Source: an uncultured Actinomycetes bacterium (lineage in GTDB: Bacteria > Actinomycetota > UBA4738 > HRBIN12). From it: a stretch of DNA of 64,000 nucleotides. The stretch is from assembly GCA_963704725.1 (NCBI GenBank), contig OY969934.1, positions 576,001 through 640,000 of the forward strand, in the 5' to 3' direction. Below, in pieces: positions 10,407-19,504 of the stretch. A model generated the notes under the pieces. It searched no databases and had not been told where the DNA came from. It saw only the letters and a program-made list of their open reading frames with translations. A program made the translations under genes and the position numbers. Positions within the stretch are counted from its first letter, which is position 1. The number at the start of each line of letters is the position of its first letter.

Positions 10407-11487
10407 ATCGCGACCCGGCGGCGGGCCGAGGCGCTTCGCGGCCGCCGCCGGGGCCGCGCTGGTCCTCGTGTGGGCCGGGGTATCGTCCGTCCCCGCCTCG
10501 GCCTCGCTTCCCGTGGCGTTCCCCGACGGCCAGTGGCACGGGACCTCGCTGTACGGCGGCGCCATCAGCAAGGCGGACGTCTCTGCCACGGCGTTCGGCG
10601 ATGTGACGTTCGACCTGACCGTGTCGAACGGCGAGGTGACCGACGGCACCCTGAGCGTCGGCATGTCTGCCACCGGCACGTCGTCCACGGCGACCGCGGA
10701 TCTCACGATGACGGGAACGCTCTCGATGGGCGGCACCGCCGCGACCGTCGAGTTCGCCGGCCCCGTGACCGTGAAAGGGTCGGCGTCGTCCGGGGCGTTC
10801 ACGGTCCCGATCGAGTTCACCGCGACCGATCACGGGACGTTCTCGCCCTCGTACGTGACCTGCAATCAGGTCACGGGGGATCTCGCGGTCCAGGCGCGGC
10901 ACGTCCAGCAGGCGGCGGGCTTCGCGACCACCGTCACGGGGCCTTTCGTGGCGGTCCGGACCGCCGGCGGGGCCGGGGCCGTGGACGAGGTGATGGGCAA
11001 GTACCACTCGCTGAACGACGCGATGCTCGACGCGCTCGGGGGCGATCCCTCACCGGAACAGGTCATCGAGCTGGCCCAGCAGTACGAGGCGCTGGCCGCT
11101 GAGCTTGCCTCGATCGGCGCGTGTGAGTCGCTTCCCGCCGGGTTCGAGTCGGGCCTTTCGGACAAGATGATCGGCGCGTTCTTCCAGGACCTGCTGCAGA
11201 AGGCCCTGGATCATCCGGAGATGTACTCGGCGCAGGCGTTGTTGTCGTTGCTCGGATCGGGCCTGCGGATGGACGCCGTCGGCAACGACGTCGCCGGCTC
11301 GGGACCCTACCAGGCGTTCGCGAAGAACCTGCTGGCGGAGTTCGAGGCCACCCTGGAGTCGAAGCTCCAGGCGGCGGCCAAGGCCGGCGACTCGCAGACC
11401 GTCCTGGACATCCTCGTCGGTGCCCAGCAGTACGGCCTCGACGAGCTGGCGAACGAGGCGCAGGGCCTGCTGGCCACCGGAGGATGA
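10399..11487 (+). CDS. secreted hypothetical protein (beta-rich N-half, helical C-half)
   Basis: ATG overlaps upstream stop; signal peptide; Thr/Gly beta-strand region followed by helical domain. Confidence 0.75.
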   Translation: MPESRPGGGPRRFAAAAGAALVLVWAGVSSVPASASLPVAFPDGQWHGTSLYGGAISKADVSATAFGDVTFDLTVSNGEVTDGTLSVGMSATGTSSTATADLTMTGTLSMGGTAATVEFAGPVTVKGSASSGAFTVPIEFTATDHGTFSPSYVTCNQVTGDLAVQARHVQQAAGFATTVTGPFVAVRTAGGAGAVDEVMGKYHSLNDAMLDALGGDPSPEQVIELAQQYEALAAELASIGACESLPAGFESGLSDKMIGAFFQDLLQKALDHPEMYSAQALLSLLGSGLRMDAVGNDVAGSGPYQAFAKNLLAEFEATLESKLQAAAKAGDSQTVLDILVGAQQYGLDELANEAQGLLATGG

Positions 11488-11969
11488 TGGCGATGCGAGT
11501 TGGGATCAGGAGGCTGACCGCGCTCATGACCGTGGCGGCGGCGCTCGCCACGGCCGCCGGATGCACGGCGGCAGCCGACGGTGCCTCGAGCGGCGACGGT
11601 GGTTCGGACGGGAGGACGACCGGAGGCGGGGGATCCACGGAGTCGAGCTCGGCGATCTCCGCGCCCGGGGTGGACTCGGTGGTGGAGCTTCGTGGGCCGG
11701 CCGAGACCGGGGCCGGGTCGATCCCGACGTTCGAATGGTCCGCCGTCGACGGCGCGGGAGCGTATCGGCTCGTGGTGAAGGACGCCCAGGGAAACGCCAC
11801 GTGGGCGTGGGAGGGAACCGACACCGCGATCGCGTTGGGGGCCGTGCCCGACCGTGAGGAGGGCGACGGTGGTCCGATCCTGACCGAGGGATCGTTCTGG
11901 AGCGTGGTGGCGCTCGACGGCGAAGGTCACGTCGTCGCCGTCAGCGAACTACGTCCCGTCTCTCCCTGA
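11484..11969 (+). CDS. putative lipoprotein with Ig/Fn3-like domain
   Basis: ATGA overlap; lipobox-like AAGC; PTFEWSAVDGAGAYRLVV...FWSVVALD. Confidence 0.75.
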   Translation: MMAMRVGIRRLTALMTVAAALATAAGCTAAADGASSGDGGSDGRTTGGGGSTESSSAISAPGVDSVVELRGPAETGAGSIPTFEWSAVDGAGAYRLVVKDAQGNATWAWEGTDTAIALGAVPDREEGDGGPILTEGSFWSVVALDGEGHVVAVSELRPVSP

Positions 11970-12364
11970 GGAGTCGTGGAGAGGGACATGCCGATGGGTG
12001 CGGGCATCGTATCGCGTCGCTCGACCGGGGCCTGTGCCGTTCCCAGCTGCCTTCACCGACATCAGCCCGGACGACGACGGGCCGCTGCCCGGGATCTCCC
12101 CAGGCCGTTCTTCGCGTACTTCGACCACGATGCGGGCGGGCGCGTTGCAGGCGATCGACATCGGGTCCGTTGGGCGCGGCGTATGGCGCGTCATGTTGGC
12201 CGCGTAGTGGGGCGCCCATGGAACGCCACAGTCCAACGGCTGATCGTCGACGGCCTACGCGGAGCGTGAAGTCGTTCGTTGCACTCCGCGTGATGCGAGC
12301 TCATCACGCTCGGAACACGGGAGGGGGAGGCCCGCTCCTTCATGGCACCAGAACCTGTTGCTCG

Positions 12365-12459
12365 TAGCGGAGGCGGACGGGAATCGAACCCGCCTGGGAG
12401 CTCTCGCCCCCACACCGGTTTTGAAGACCGGGGGGCCCACCAGGCGCCCTGACGCCTCC
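12365..12459 (-). tRNA. selC: tRNA-Sec (anticodon UCA)
   Basis: GGAGGCG acceptor pairing CGCCTCC, anticodon arm CCGGT-CTTCAAA-ACCGG, long variable arm, GGGTTCGATTCCC T arm; ~95 nt; ends G-CTA (no encoded CCA). Confidence 0.92.
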
Positions 12460-12569
12460 GCTCCGCAGGATATCCGGCTCGACCTTAGCTCCGGCACGGG
12501 TTCGGCTTGGTCGGCGGTTATCCCGTGCCTTCCTACGCTTGGCCCGTCACCGATGGAGGAGGGGCCGAG

Positions 12570-12962
12570 ATGAGGAAGATGATGGTGATCGCGCTCGCGA
12601 GCTCGATCGCGCTCGTGGCGCCGGCGACCATCGCCCTGGCGCAGGGCGGCGGCGGGGGCAACGACGTCGTCGAGCGCGGCTCATGCAGCGGCAACAGCGA
12701 GTGGAAGCTCAAGCTCTCGCCCGACAACAGCGGGATCGAGGCCGAGTTCGAGGTCGACCAGAACGTGTCCGGCGATCGCTGGCGGGTCACGATCCGTCAC
12801 GACGGCGACGTGGCGTTCCGGGGCCGGCGGACGACCGGCGGTGCGAGCGGGTCCTTCGACGTCCGGATCGTCGAGAACGACCACTCCGGGACCGACGCGT
12901 TCCGGGCCCGCGCCCGCAACGTCTCGACCGGCGAGGTCTGCGTCGGGACCGCATCGATCTAG
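12570..12962 (+). CDS. secreted hypothetical protein
   Basis: GGAGG RBS, signal peptide MRKMMVIALASS...ALA, two Cys (GSCSG...EVC). Confidence 0.75.
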   Translation: MRKMMVIALASSIALVAPATIALAQGGGGGNDVVERGSCSGNSEWKLKLSPDNSGIEAEFEVDQNVSGDRWRVTIRHDGDVAFRGRRTTGGASGSFDVRIVENDHSGTDAFRARARNVSTGEVCVGTASI

Positions 12963-13042
12963 GGTCTGCGCCACCTCCGATCCGCGAACCTGTCGAGGAG
13001 CCTGCCGGGAAACGTCGGCAGGCTCCTCTAGCATCTGGGGTG

Positions 13043-13852
13043 ATGGAAGCGGCGTTCTTCGACCTCGACAAGACGATCATCTCCCGGTCGTCCTCGCTCG
13101 CGCTGTCCCGGCCCATGTACCGCGCGGGCATGGTCACGCGCGGGCAGCTCGTCCGCGGGGCGTATGCCCAGCTCGTCTACGCGCTCGTCGGCGCCGACGA
13201 GCGCAAGATGGAGCGACTGAAGGACGGCATGCTCCAGCTGACGAAGGGGTGGGACCGACAGGACGTCGAGCGCCTGGTGCGCGAGGTGCTGGTCGAGGTG
13301 ATCGACCCCTACGTCTACCAGGAGGCCATCGACCTCATGGCCCTGCACCGGTCCGAAGGCCGGCAGATCTACATCGTGAGCAGCTCTCCCGAGGAGGTCG
13401 TCCGTCCCCTGGCGAGCCATTTCGGCGTCTCGGGCGTGATCGCGACGCGGGCCCGGATCGAGGACGGACGCTATACGGGAGATCTCGAGTTCTACTCGTA
13501 CGGCGAGTCCAAGGCCGAGGCGATCCGCTCACTGGCCGAGCGCATCGGCCTCGACCTCGAGGGCTCGTACGCGTACACCGATTCGATCACCGACCTTCCG
13601 ATGCTCGAGGCGGTCGGCCACCCCGTCGCCGTGAACGCGGACCGGGAGCTTCGCAAGGAGGCCGAGACCCGGGGCTGGGATATCCGCGACTTCCGCCGGC
13701 CGGTGCGGATGCGGACGCGGATCGCCCAGACCGCCACGCATCCTCGGACGCAGGTCGCCGCCGGCGTCGTCGCGGCCGGCGTGGCGGCGGCGATCCTCGG
13801 CTACCTCGTCCTGCGCTCCAAGCTCGCGCCGCGCTCCGCCGACGCCGCCTGA
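13043..13852 (+). CDS. HAD-IB family hydrolase (Rv3661-like)
   Basis: AAFFDLDKTII motif I, YAYTDSITDLPML motif IV, C-terminal TM helix. Confidence 0.9.
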   Translation: MEAAFFDLDKTIISRSSSLALSRPMYRAGMVTRGQLVRGAYAQLVYALVGADERKMERLKDGMLQLTKGWDRQDVERLVREVLVEVIDPYVYQEAIDLMALHRSEGRQIYIVSSSPEEVVRPLASHFGVSGVIATRARIEDGRYTGDLEFYSYGESKAEAIRSLAERIGLDLEGSYAYTDSITDLPMLEAVGHPVAVNADRELRKEAETRGWDIRDFRRPVRMRTRIAQTATHPRTQVAAGVVAAGVAAAILGYLVLRSKLAPRSADAA

Positions 13853-13890
13853 TCGAGTCGCGCTGGCCGAACCCCGGGTGTAAGGTCGAG

Positions 13891-14027
13891 GTGTCGCCTT
13901 CGGGCGATACGCGAAGGGAGCAGAAACCCACGCGCGTCCTGCCGCGGGAGGCATGCCCGAGGCCCGACGGCTCGTCCGGCGGGTCCCCGGCACGTGCAGA
14001 TTGCGCATGTTCGCTGCTCCCTTCGCG
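13891..14027 (+). ncRNA. compact Ms1-like structured RNA
   Basis: 14-bp closing stem 13910-13923/14014-14027; CCCACGCG followed by TGCC-GCGGGA-GGCA hairpin; UUCG hairpin 13891-13910; TAAGGT -10 at 13881; directly downstream of HAD-IB gene. Confidence 0.6.
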
Positions 14028-14056
14028 CGCGTCCGGGCTCTGATCGGCGGAGCGCG

Positions 14057-15256
14057 TCAGGGGACGGCCGGCGGGCGGCGGTACTCGAAGTGCATGCCGT
14101 CGGGCAGGATGAACGTCCCGCCCCAGATGAACCCCCAGTCCTCGAACACCCGGACCATCCGCGGGTCCTGGTTCGGCTCGGCGCCGAAGGGGTTCTGCGG
14201 CACGTTGATGTCGAGGGCGATGCCCCAGGAGTGGTGGGAGAGGCCGGCGCTCCGGATCCGGTTGATGTGCCGTGGGGCGAAGCACCCCGAGTAGCTCGTG
14301 ATCGTGTCCTGCAGGCCGAGGTCGACGATCTCGTGGATCGCCCCGCGGATCTGCGGGAACAGCGCGACGTTGCACGTCACCGAGCCGAGCAGCGCCACGT
14401 GGCGCGTGGCGATGTGCGTTCGGACCCATGCCGGGTCGAGCGTGAGGAACCCCGGCAGACCCGGCCGCGGCTTGGCGGCGAACTCGCCGAACAGCTCCTT
14501 GATCGCGACCGGCGGCAGCACGGCGTCGCTCTGGCGGAAGTACGGCGTGTCGCCGGGGGCCCGGACGCGCACGAGCGTTCCGGGAGGCAGGACCTGCCGG
14601 ACGGCCTTGGCCAGCCGGCGGACGGTGGGCTCGTCCTCGGGCACGAGCAGGGCGTAGCGATTGTGGGTCACGCCGATCCGCCGCCCGAGGTCTCGCGAGA
14701 CGAGGAGCTCGTGCGCGCCGACGAGCTCGTCCGGCAGGATCGCCGCAACCTCGATCCGCACCTCGCCGAACTGCAGGACCGCGCCCGGTCCGAGCCCCCG
14801 CAGCTTGGCGCTCGACTCGCCGAGGATCCCCTGCCCCTCCTCGAGCGCCACGGTGACGCCGCGATCGGCGGGCGGAAGGAACGGGGCGTACGCGCGGGGT
14901 CCCACGGCGGCGACCTCGAGCGGGATGGCGAACGTCCGCGGTGGGTCGTCCACGACCTCGCCGCTCTCGTCGAACGAGCGCGTCAGCCACGTGTTGTCGC
15001 TCGCCACGACCACCGCGCGGCGGATCTCGGGCATCGCGGCGACGGCCTCCCCGAAGCCGCGCGGCAGCCCGCCGGGCGTCCAGACGAGGAACGTGTCGGG
15101 GCTCTCCGGGGTGGTCGCGAACGTCGGGGGCGACGCGACGCCCGGCCCGTCGATCGTCACCGCCGCCGTGCCCTGGATCGCGAGGGTGAGCGCCGTGCCG
15201 GCGACGAACCCCACGAGGGCCGCGCCGGTCACGCCGCCGGCGCGCCGGAGGCTCAT
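14057..15256 (-). CDS. M15 family metallopeptidase (D,D-carboxypeptidase-like)
   Basis: SHHSWGIALDIN and DGMHFEY zinc-ligand motifs; N-terminal signal/TM; ATG overlaps anti-sigma stop. Confidence 0.85.
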   Translation of the reverse strand: MSLRRAGGVTGAALVGFVAGTALTLAIQGTAAVTIDGPGVASPPTFATTPESPDTFLVWTPGGLPRGFGEAVAAMPEIRRAVVVASDNTWLTRSFDESGEVVDDPPRTFAIPLEVAAVGPRAYAPFLPPADRGVTVALEEGQGILGESSAKLRGLGPGAVLQFGEVRIEVAAILPDELVGAHELLVSRDLGRRIGVTHNRYALLVPEDEPTVRRLAKAVRQVLPPGTLVRVRAPGDTPYFRQSDAVLPPVAIKELFGEFAAKPRPGLPGFLTLDPAWVRTHIATRHVALLGSVTCNVALFPQIRGAIHEIVDLGLQDTITSYSGCFAPRHINRIRSAGLSHHSWGIALDINVPQNPFGAEPNQDPRMVRVFEDWGFIWGGTFILPDGMHFEYRRPPAVP

Positions 15257-17223
15257 CCCGCCCCCGCTGGAGCGCTCGGGGTTCCGGGGATCGACGCCGC
15301 GATCGCCGCCAGCTCGTCCAGGCCGAGCCCGGGCGCGTCGAGCGACCGGTAGAGGCCGTTCGAGACCCACTCGAGCAGCGAGCGGCCGGGGGTCCACCGG
15401 CCCGGCGAGCCGGCGACCTCGACGGCCGACTGGCGGGCGGCGCTCGCCGGTGGCAGCTCGGCGGCGGCCTCCAGGTGCAGGCGGATCGCGCCGGGCCCCG
15501 CGTCCGCCTCGGCGTCTCGGAAGTACATCGTCACGCCCGGCACGTCGTCGATCCCCACGAGCTCCACGCTGGCCAGGGTGAAGCCCGCCGGGAGCCGTTC
15601 GGGCGCCGCGACGGCGAACGGGACGGCCAGGGCCGCCTCCTCCAACGAGACGCGTTCGACGACGGCGCCGTCGGTGGCGTGGGTCCGCCACGACTCCGGC
15701 ATCGCAAGGCCGACCACCGGCAGGGCGGCCGCCGCCTCCAGGAGCTTGGCGCGGGGCAGGTTCGACTCGAGGTACAGGTCGGTACCGGCGGCGTGGATCG
15801 ACAGCAGCCGGCCGTGCCAAGGGGTGGCCGGTTCGTAGTACGCGACGCCGCGGCCCACCGGCACCTCCTCGGCCCGCAGGCTCACGGCGCCGAACGGGGC
15901 GTCGCCCGTCCACGACCGCGTCTCGCCGAGCCGCAGGAACGAGAGCCCGTCGGCGTAGGTCACGACCGCCTGGCCGCCCTCCGGGCTCTCCGGGATCACC
16001 GCCCGGTACAGGTCCAGCCCGCCCAGCTCGGCCGGCGCCAGCGGGTCGAACCCGGCCCGAGCCGCGACCTCGGCGGGCGGCACGTGCTCGGCGCCCTGGT
16101 CCTCGGTCCGATCGGTGGCCGGGATCCGGAACACCGAGGCCGCAGGCCGCGAAAGGCTCACGGAGAGCGCCGCCACCTCGAAGACCGGCGCGCGGGAGGG
16201 CTCCTCGGGCAGCCCGAACCGCTCGGCCCACGCATCGCGCTCGTGGCCCGCCGCCGGGTAGACCTCCCACCGCAGGGGGAACCAGCTCCCCTCGTCGAGC
16301 CAGATGCGGACGCGGTCCTTGGAGAAGAACGGCCGCCACTCGCCGCCGATCGACAGGAACGGGAAGAGCGACTGCGCGCGCTCGAACGGCACCTGGACGA
16401 TCACGGCGGGACGACCCAGGACGGTGTCGCGTCCGATCACGGTGACGGCCGCCGGCTCGGCCAGCGCGGTCAGCGGCAGCACCAGGTCGGTGGGGGCCGG
16501 CGCCCTCGAGGAGAACGGCATCCGGTTGCGGACGGAGGTCACCCGCTGGGGGCATCGGGCGGCGGGGCACAGGTCCGGCCCGGACGAGTACCAGTGGTCG
16601 CGGTCGACGATCAGCCGGAGGTCGGTGGGCGTCGCCGGAGACGGGTAGATCGTCCGGTCCTCGACGTCGAGGCGGAAGCGCTCGGGGGCCCGGAACCAGA
16701 CGTGCATCGAGAGCTCGCGGCGCGGGACGTCGGGGGAGAGGTGGAGCTCGCTGATCGAGAACGTGGCCTCGTACGCCGTCAGGCCGGCCGCGGCGGCGGC
16801 CACGTCCCGGCTGATCCGTTCGGCGGCCAGCGCCGAGGTGCGTTCGGGCGCGTCGTTGGACCACGGCCCGCCGACCACGAGGCTCCCCACGAGGAGGCCG
16901 GCCACGAGCGCCGCGGCGGCGGGGGTGAGGGACCGCATCCGTGGGCGGCTGCGGGGCAGGCGCATCGGACGGACGATCCGCAGGCCGGGCCGGCGGGCGC
17001 CGGTCTCCGCCTCGACCGCGGACATGATGGGCTCGACCAGGTCGGGGATGGCGGGGGCGACCTCGAAGCGGACGCGTTCGCGCAGCCGGTACGCGCCGCG
17101 CTCGAACGCCCGGCACTCGTCGCAGCCCTCGAGGTGGTGCTCGAGCGCGACGAGCTGGCGGTCGGGGATCCGCTCGCCGTCCAGACGCTCGGAGATCAGG
17201 CGCTCGGCCTGCTCATGATCCAC
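15253..17223 (-). CDS. zf-HC2 anti-sigma factor with large extracytoplasmic LolA/MucB-like region
   Basis: HLEGCDEC (HxxxCxxC), single TM, VWFRAPERFRLDV...IWLDEGSWFPLR. Confidence 0.8.
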   Translation of the reverse strand: MDHEQAERLISERLDGERIPDRQLVALEHHLEGCDECRAFERGAYRLRERVRFEVAPAIPDLVEPIMSAVEAETGARRPGLRIVRPMRLPRSRPRMRSLTPAAAALVAGLLVGSLVVGGPWSNDAPERTSALAAERISRDVAAAAAGLTAYEATFSISELHLSPDVPRRELSMHVWFRAPERFRLDVEDRTIYPSPATPTDLRLIVDRDHWYSSGPDLCPAARCPQRVTSVRNRMPFSSRAPAPTDLVLPLTALAEPAAVTVIGRDTVLGRPAVIVQVPFERAQSLFPFLSIGGEWRPFFSKDRVRIWLDEGSWFPLRWEVYPAAGHERDAWAERFGLPEEPSRAPVFEVAALSVSLSRPAASVFRIPATDRTEDQGAEHVPPAEVAARAGFDPLAPAELGGLDLYRAVIPESPEGGQAVVTYADGLSFLRLGETRSWTGDAPFGAVSLRAEEVPVGRGVAYYEPATPWHGRLLSIHAAGTDLYLESNLPRAKLLEAAAALPVVGLAMPESWRTHATDGAVVERVSLEEAALAVPFAVAAPERLPAGFTLASVELVGIDDVPGVTMYFRDAEADAGPGAIRLHLEAAAELPPASAARQSAVEVAGSPGRWTPGRSLLEWVSNGLYRSLDAPGLGLDELAAIAASIPGTPSAPAGAG

Positions 17224-17737
17224 CGGCGTCCTCCTCGAGGGCGAGCGCGCCCATCATCGCCTTGCGTCCCCGGTGCATCCGACTCTTCACGGTGCCGACG
17301 CGCACCCCGAGCACGTCGGCCGCCTCCTGGTACGACAGCCCGAACACCTCGATCAGCAGGAACGGCTCGCGGTGCTCCTCCGAGACCGCGGCGAGCGCCG
17401 TCTGGAGCTCGAGGCGTGCCTGGGGGTCGGTCGGCCCGACCGGCGGCGGCGGCTCCTTGTCCAGGTGGACCGTCCGCGATCGGATCGCGTCCATGGCGCA
17501 GTTCCGGGCGATCCGGAAGAGCCAGCTCGTGAACTTGGCGTCCCCCCGGAAGCTCCTCAGGAACCGGAAGGCCCGAAGGAACGCCTCCTGGGTGACGTCC
17601 TCTGCGAGAGCCCGGTCCCGCGTGAAGTGGTGCGCGAACCGCCACACGTCCGCCTGGTACTGCCGCACCAGGTCCTCGAACGCGCCGAGGTCCCCCTCAC
17701 GGGCGCGCGCGAGCGTCCGCGGGTCCGGGTCGTGCAC
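17213..17737 (-). CDS. ECF RNA polymerase sigma factor
   Basis: AEDVTQEAFLRA, FTSWLFRIARN, LSYQEAADVLGVRVGTVKSRMHRGR; GTG after GAGGAG. Confidence 0.92.
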   Translation of the reverse strand: MHDPDPRTLARAREGDLGAFEDLVRQYQADVWRFAHHFTRDRALAEDVTQEAFLRAFRFLRSFRGDAKFTSWLFRIARNCAMDAIRSRTVHLDKEPPPPVGPTDPQARLELQTALAAVSEEHREPFLLIEVFGLSYQEAADVLGVRVGTVKSRMHRGRKAMMGALALEEDAGGS

Positions 17738-17864
17738 CGAGCTCCTCTCGCTCCGGCCGGACAACCAAGCCTAGCCCCGCGGACCTGCCCTCGATACCCC
17801 GCTGAGCTGGGGGAACGGAGCGCCGGCCCGAGGGAGCCCTCCTCGTGATCGGACGGTCTCACCT

Positions 17865-17893
17865 GTTGACCGGGCGGAGCGGGCGATGGTTCC
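17865..17893 (-). promoter_or_regulatory. putative ECF-dependent promoter
   Basis: GGAACCA-N16-GTCAAC upstream of the ECF gene. Confidence 0.55.
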
Positions 17894-17899
17894 GGGGGA

Positions 17900-18151
17900 T
17901 CAGCCGGAGAGGCGGGCGGAGGGGTGCTCCAGGCGCTCGGCCAGGCGCTCGGCGCGCTCGGCGGCCTCCTCCTGCATCCCGGCGGTCATCGCGCCGGTGA
18001 TGGCCAGGAGCTCGGACTCGACCCGAGATCCGATGCGCCCGGTCCCCAGCTCGAGCTGGCCTTCCAGGCGCGAGATGGCCCGCTCCAGGCGTGCCACCGG
18101 GTCGTGGTCCCGCGCCTCCCGCCACGCCGCGAGGTCCACGATCGAGCCCAT
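17900..18151 (-). CDS. hypothetical protein (83 aa, helical)
   Basis: MGSIVDLAAWR start; TACCAT -10 six nt before ATG. Confidence 0.65.
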   Translation of the reverse strand: MGSIVDLAAWREARDHDPVARLERAISRLEGQLELGTGRIGSRVESELLAITGAMTAGMQEEAAERAERLAERLEHPSARLSG

Positions 18152-18254
18152 GAGGCGATGGTAGACCAGGCCACCGACACTCCGGTGGAAGCGGGCCGAA
18201 CAAGCTCGGCATCTGCTCGCATGACGCCCGCCGGCGCGTTCCAGGGGCCCCGGG

Positions 18255-18623
18255 TCAGCCCGACCCGGGGCTCTTCGCGTAGTCGCCGGCCCCGAGGAAG
18301 TGGAGCGAGACGTACGGCTCGTCGCCGATCACCCAGGAGTCGTGTCCGGGCTCGACGAAGAACAGGTCACCCGGCGTGAGCTCGTACTCGGAGCCGTCGG
18401 CCATCTTCACGGCGGCCCGCCCCGACACGACGAGGCCCACGTGCTCGACGGGGCAGAGCGCGTCGCCGGTGGCTCCGCCGACGTGCTCCGACCACACCCA
18501 GCCGGGCTCGTAGCTGGCCCGCCCGACCGTCACGCCCCCGGCCGAGAGCACGTCGAACGCCCCGTGCTCGAAGGTCCGGGACTCGTCCGGCTGCTCGAAC
18601 CTCCGGATGTCCACGCCCGCCAT
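18255..18623 (-). CDS. cupin domain protein
   Basis: YEPGWVWSEHV...CPVEHVG...PGHDSWVIGDEP. Confidence 0.85.
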   Translation of the reverse strand: MAGVDIRRFEQPDESRTFEHGAFDVLSAGGVTVGRASYEPGWVWSEHVGGATGDALCPVEHVGLVVSGRAAVKMADGSEYELTPGDLFFVEPGHDSWVIGDEPYVSLHFLGAGDYAKSPGSG

Positions 18624-18712
18624 CGGCGACTCCCGTCTCGTCGGATCCGCATAGGACATCACATCGCGCGGACGCGGGATGGGGCGATCGGATGCGACGG
18701 GATCTCGATGAC

Positions 18713-19504
18713 CTAGCCGCCGGCGCGGACACGCGGCGACGCCACCGAGCCGGCCACGGTGAGGGATCGAGATCTGCCGTGGCTCGCTCCGACCGTTGCC
18801 GGGTGCGCGGAGACCGCCTCGACGATCATGCGAGCCGCCTCGCTGTGGGCCACGCGGTCGGTGTTGATGACCAGGTGGTACAGGAGTGGGTCGTCGATGT
18901 CCGCGTCGTAGTACTTCTTCAGGTAGCGCTTTCGCCCCAGGTCCCGATCGTGCACGTACCGCGACGCATCCTGGGGGCTGAGATGCTCGTGCTCCATGAC
19001 CCGCTCGACGCGGGCCTCCAACGATCCCACGAGACGGACGTGGAAGGCGTGGTCGAGCGCGCCCGTGACGATGTTGGCCCCCCTTCCGATCACCACCACG
19101 TTGCCGAGCTCCGCCAGGTGCAGGATCGTGTCGGCCGTCTTCCGCACCAGCGTCCAGGTGCGCGGGTGGAGGCCGAAGAGCTCGTCCATGATGTCGGAGA
19201 TCTCGGAGACCCGATCTTCGAGCATGTAGATCGCCAGCCGGTTCGGCAGGTCGTGTTCCTGAAGCACACGGTCGACGAGGTCGCGGTCGAAGATCGTCCA
19301 TGGGCACGAATCCGATGGAGCTCGGGCCTGCAGTCTCGCCACCAGCTCCTGCGCCAAGACGTGGGCCCCCGTCCCGGCCTGGCGGGAGATCGTGATCATG
19401 CGGCGAGGCCCCTCGACCGGATGCGCCACCGATGGATGGGGCGGTGCTTGCGATTGGCAGCGGATGTAGTCGAAGCAATGCTCCAGACCGGTCGGCTCCT
19501 TCAT
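18713..19504 (-). CDS. cytidylate kinase-like family protein
   Basis: ITISRQAGTGA P-loop variant, VVIGRGA, DPLLYHLVINT. Confidence 0.85.
   Translation of the reverse strand: MKEPTGLEHCFDYIRCQSQAPPHPSVAHPVEGPRRMITISRQAGTGAHVLAQELVARLQARAPSDSCPWTIFDRDLVDRVLQEHDLPNRLAIYMLEDRVSEISDIMDELFGLHPRTWTLVRKTADTILHLAELGNVVVIGRGANIVTGALDHAFHVRLVGSLEARVERVMEHEHLSPQDASRYVHDRDLGRKRYLKKYYDADIDDPLLYHLVINTDRVAHSEAARMIVEAVSAHPATVGASHGRSRSLTVAGSVASPRVRAGG

Noticed and set aside
11976-12330. Short ORFs between the lipoprotein gene and tRNA-Sec
   Set aside because: No recognisable family, RBS or consistent frame; possibly a decayed remnant but unsupported
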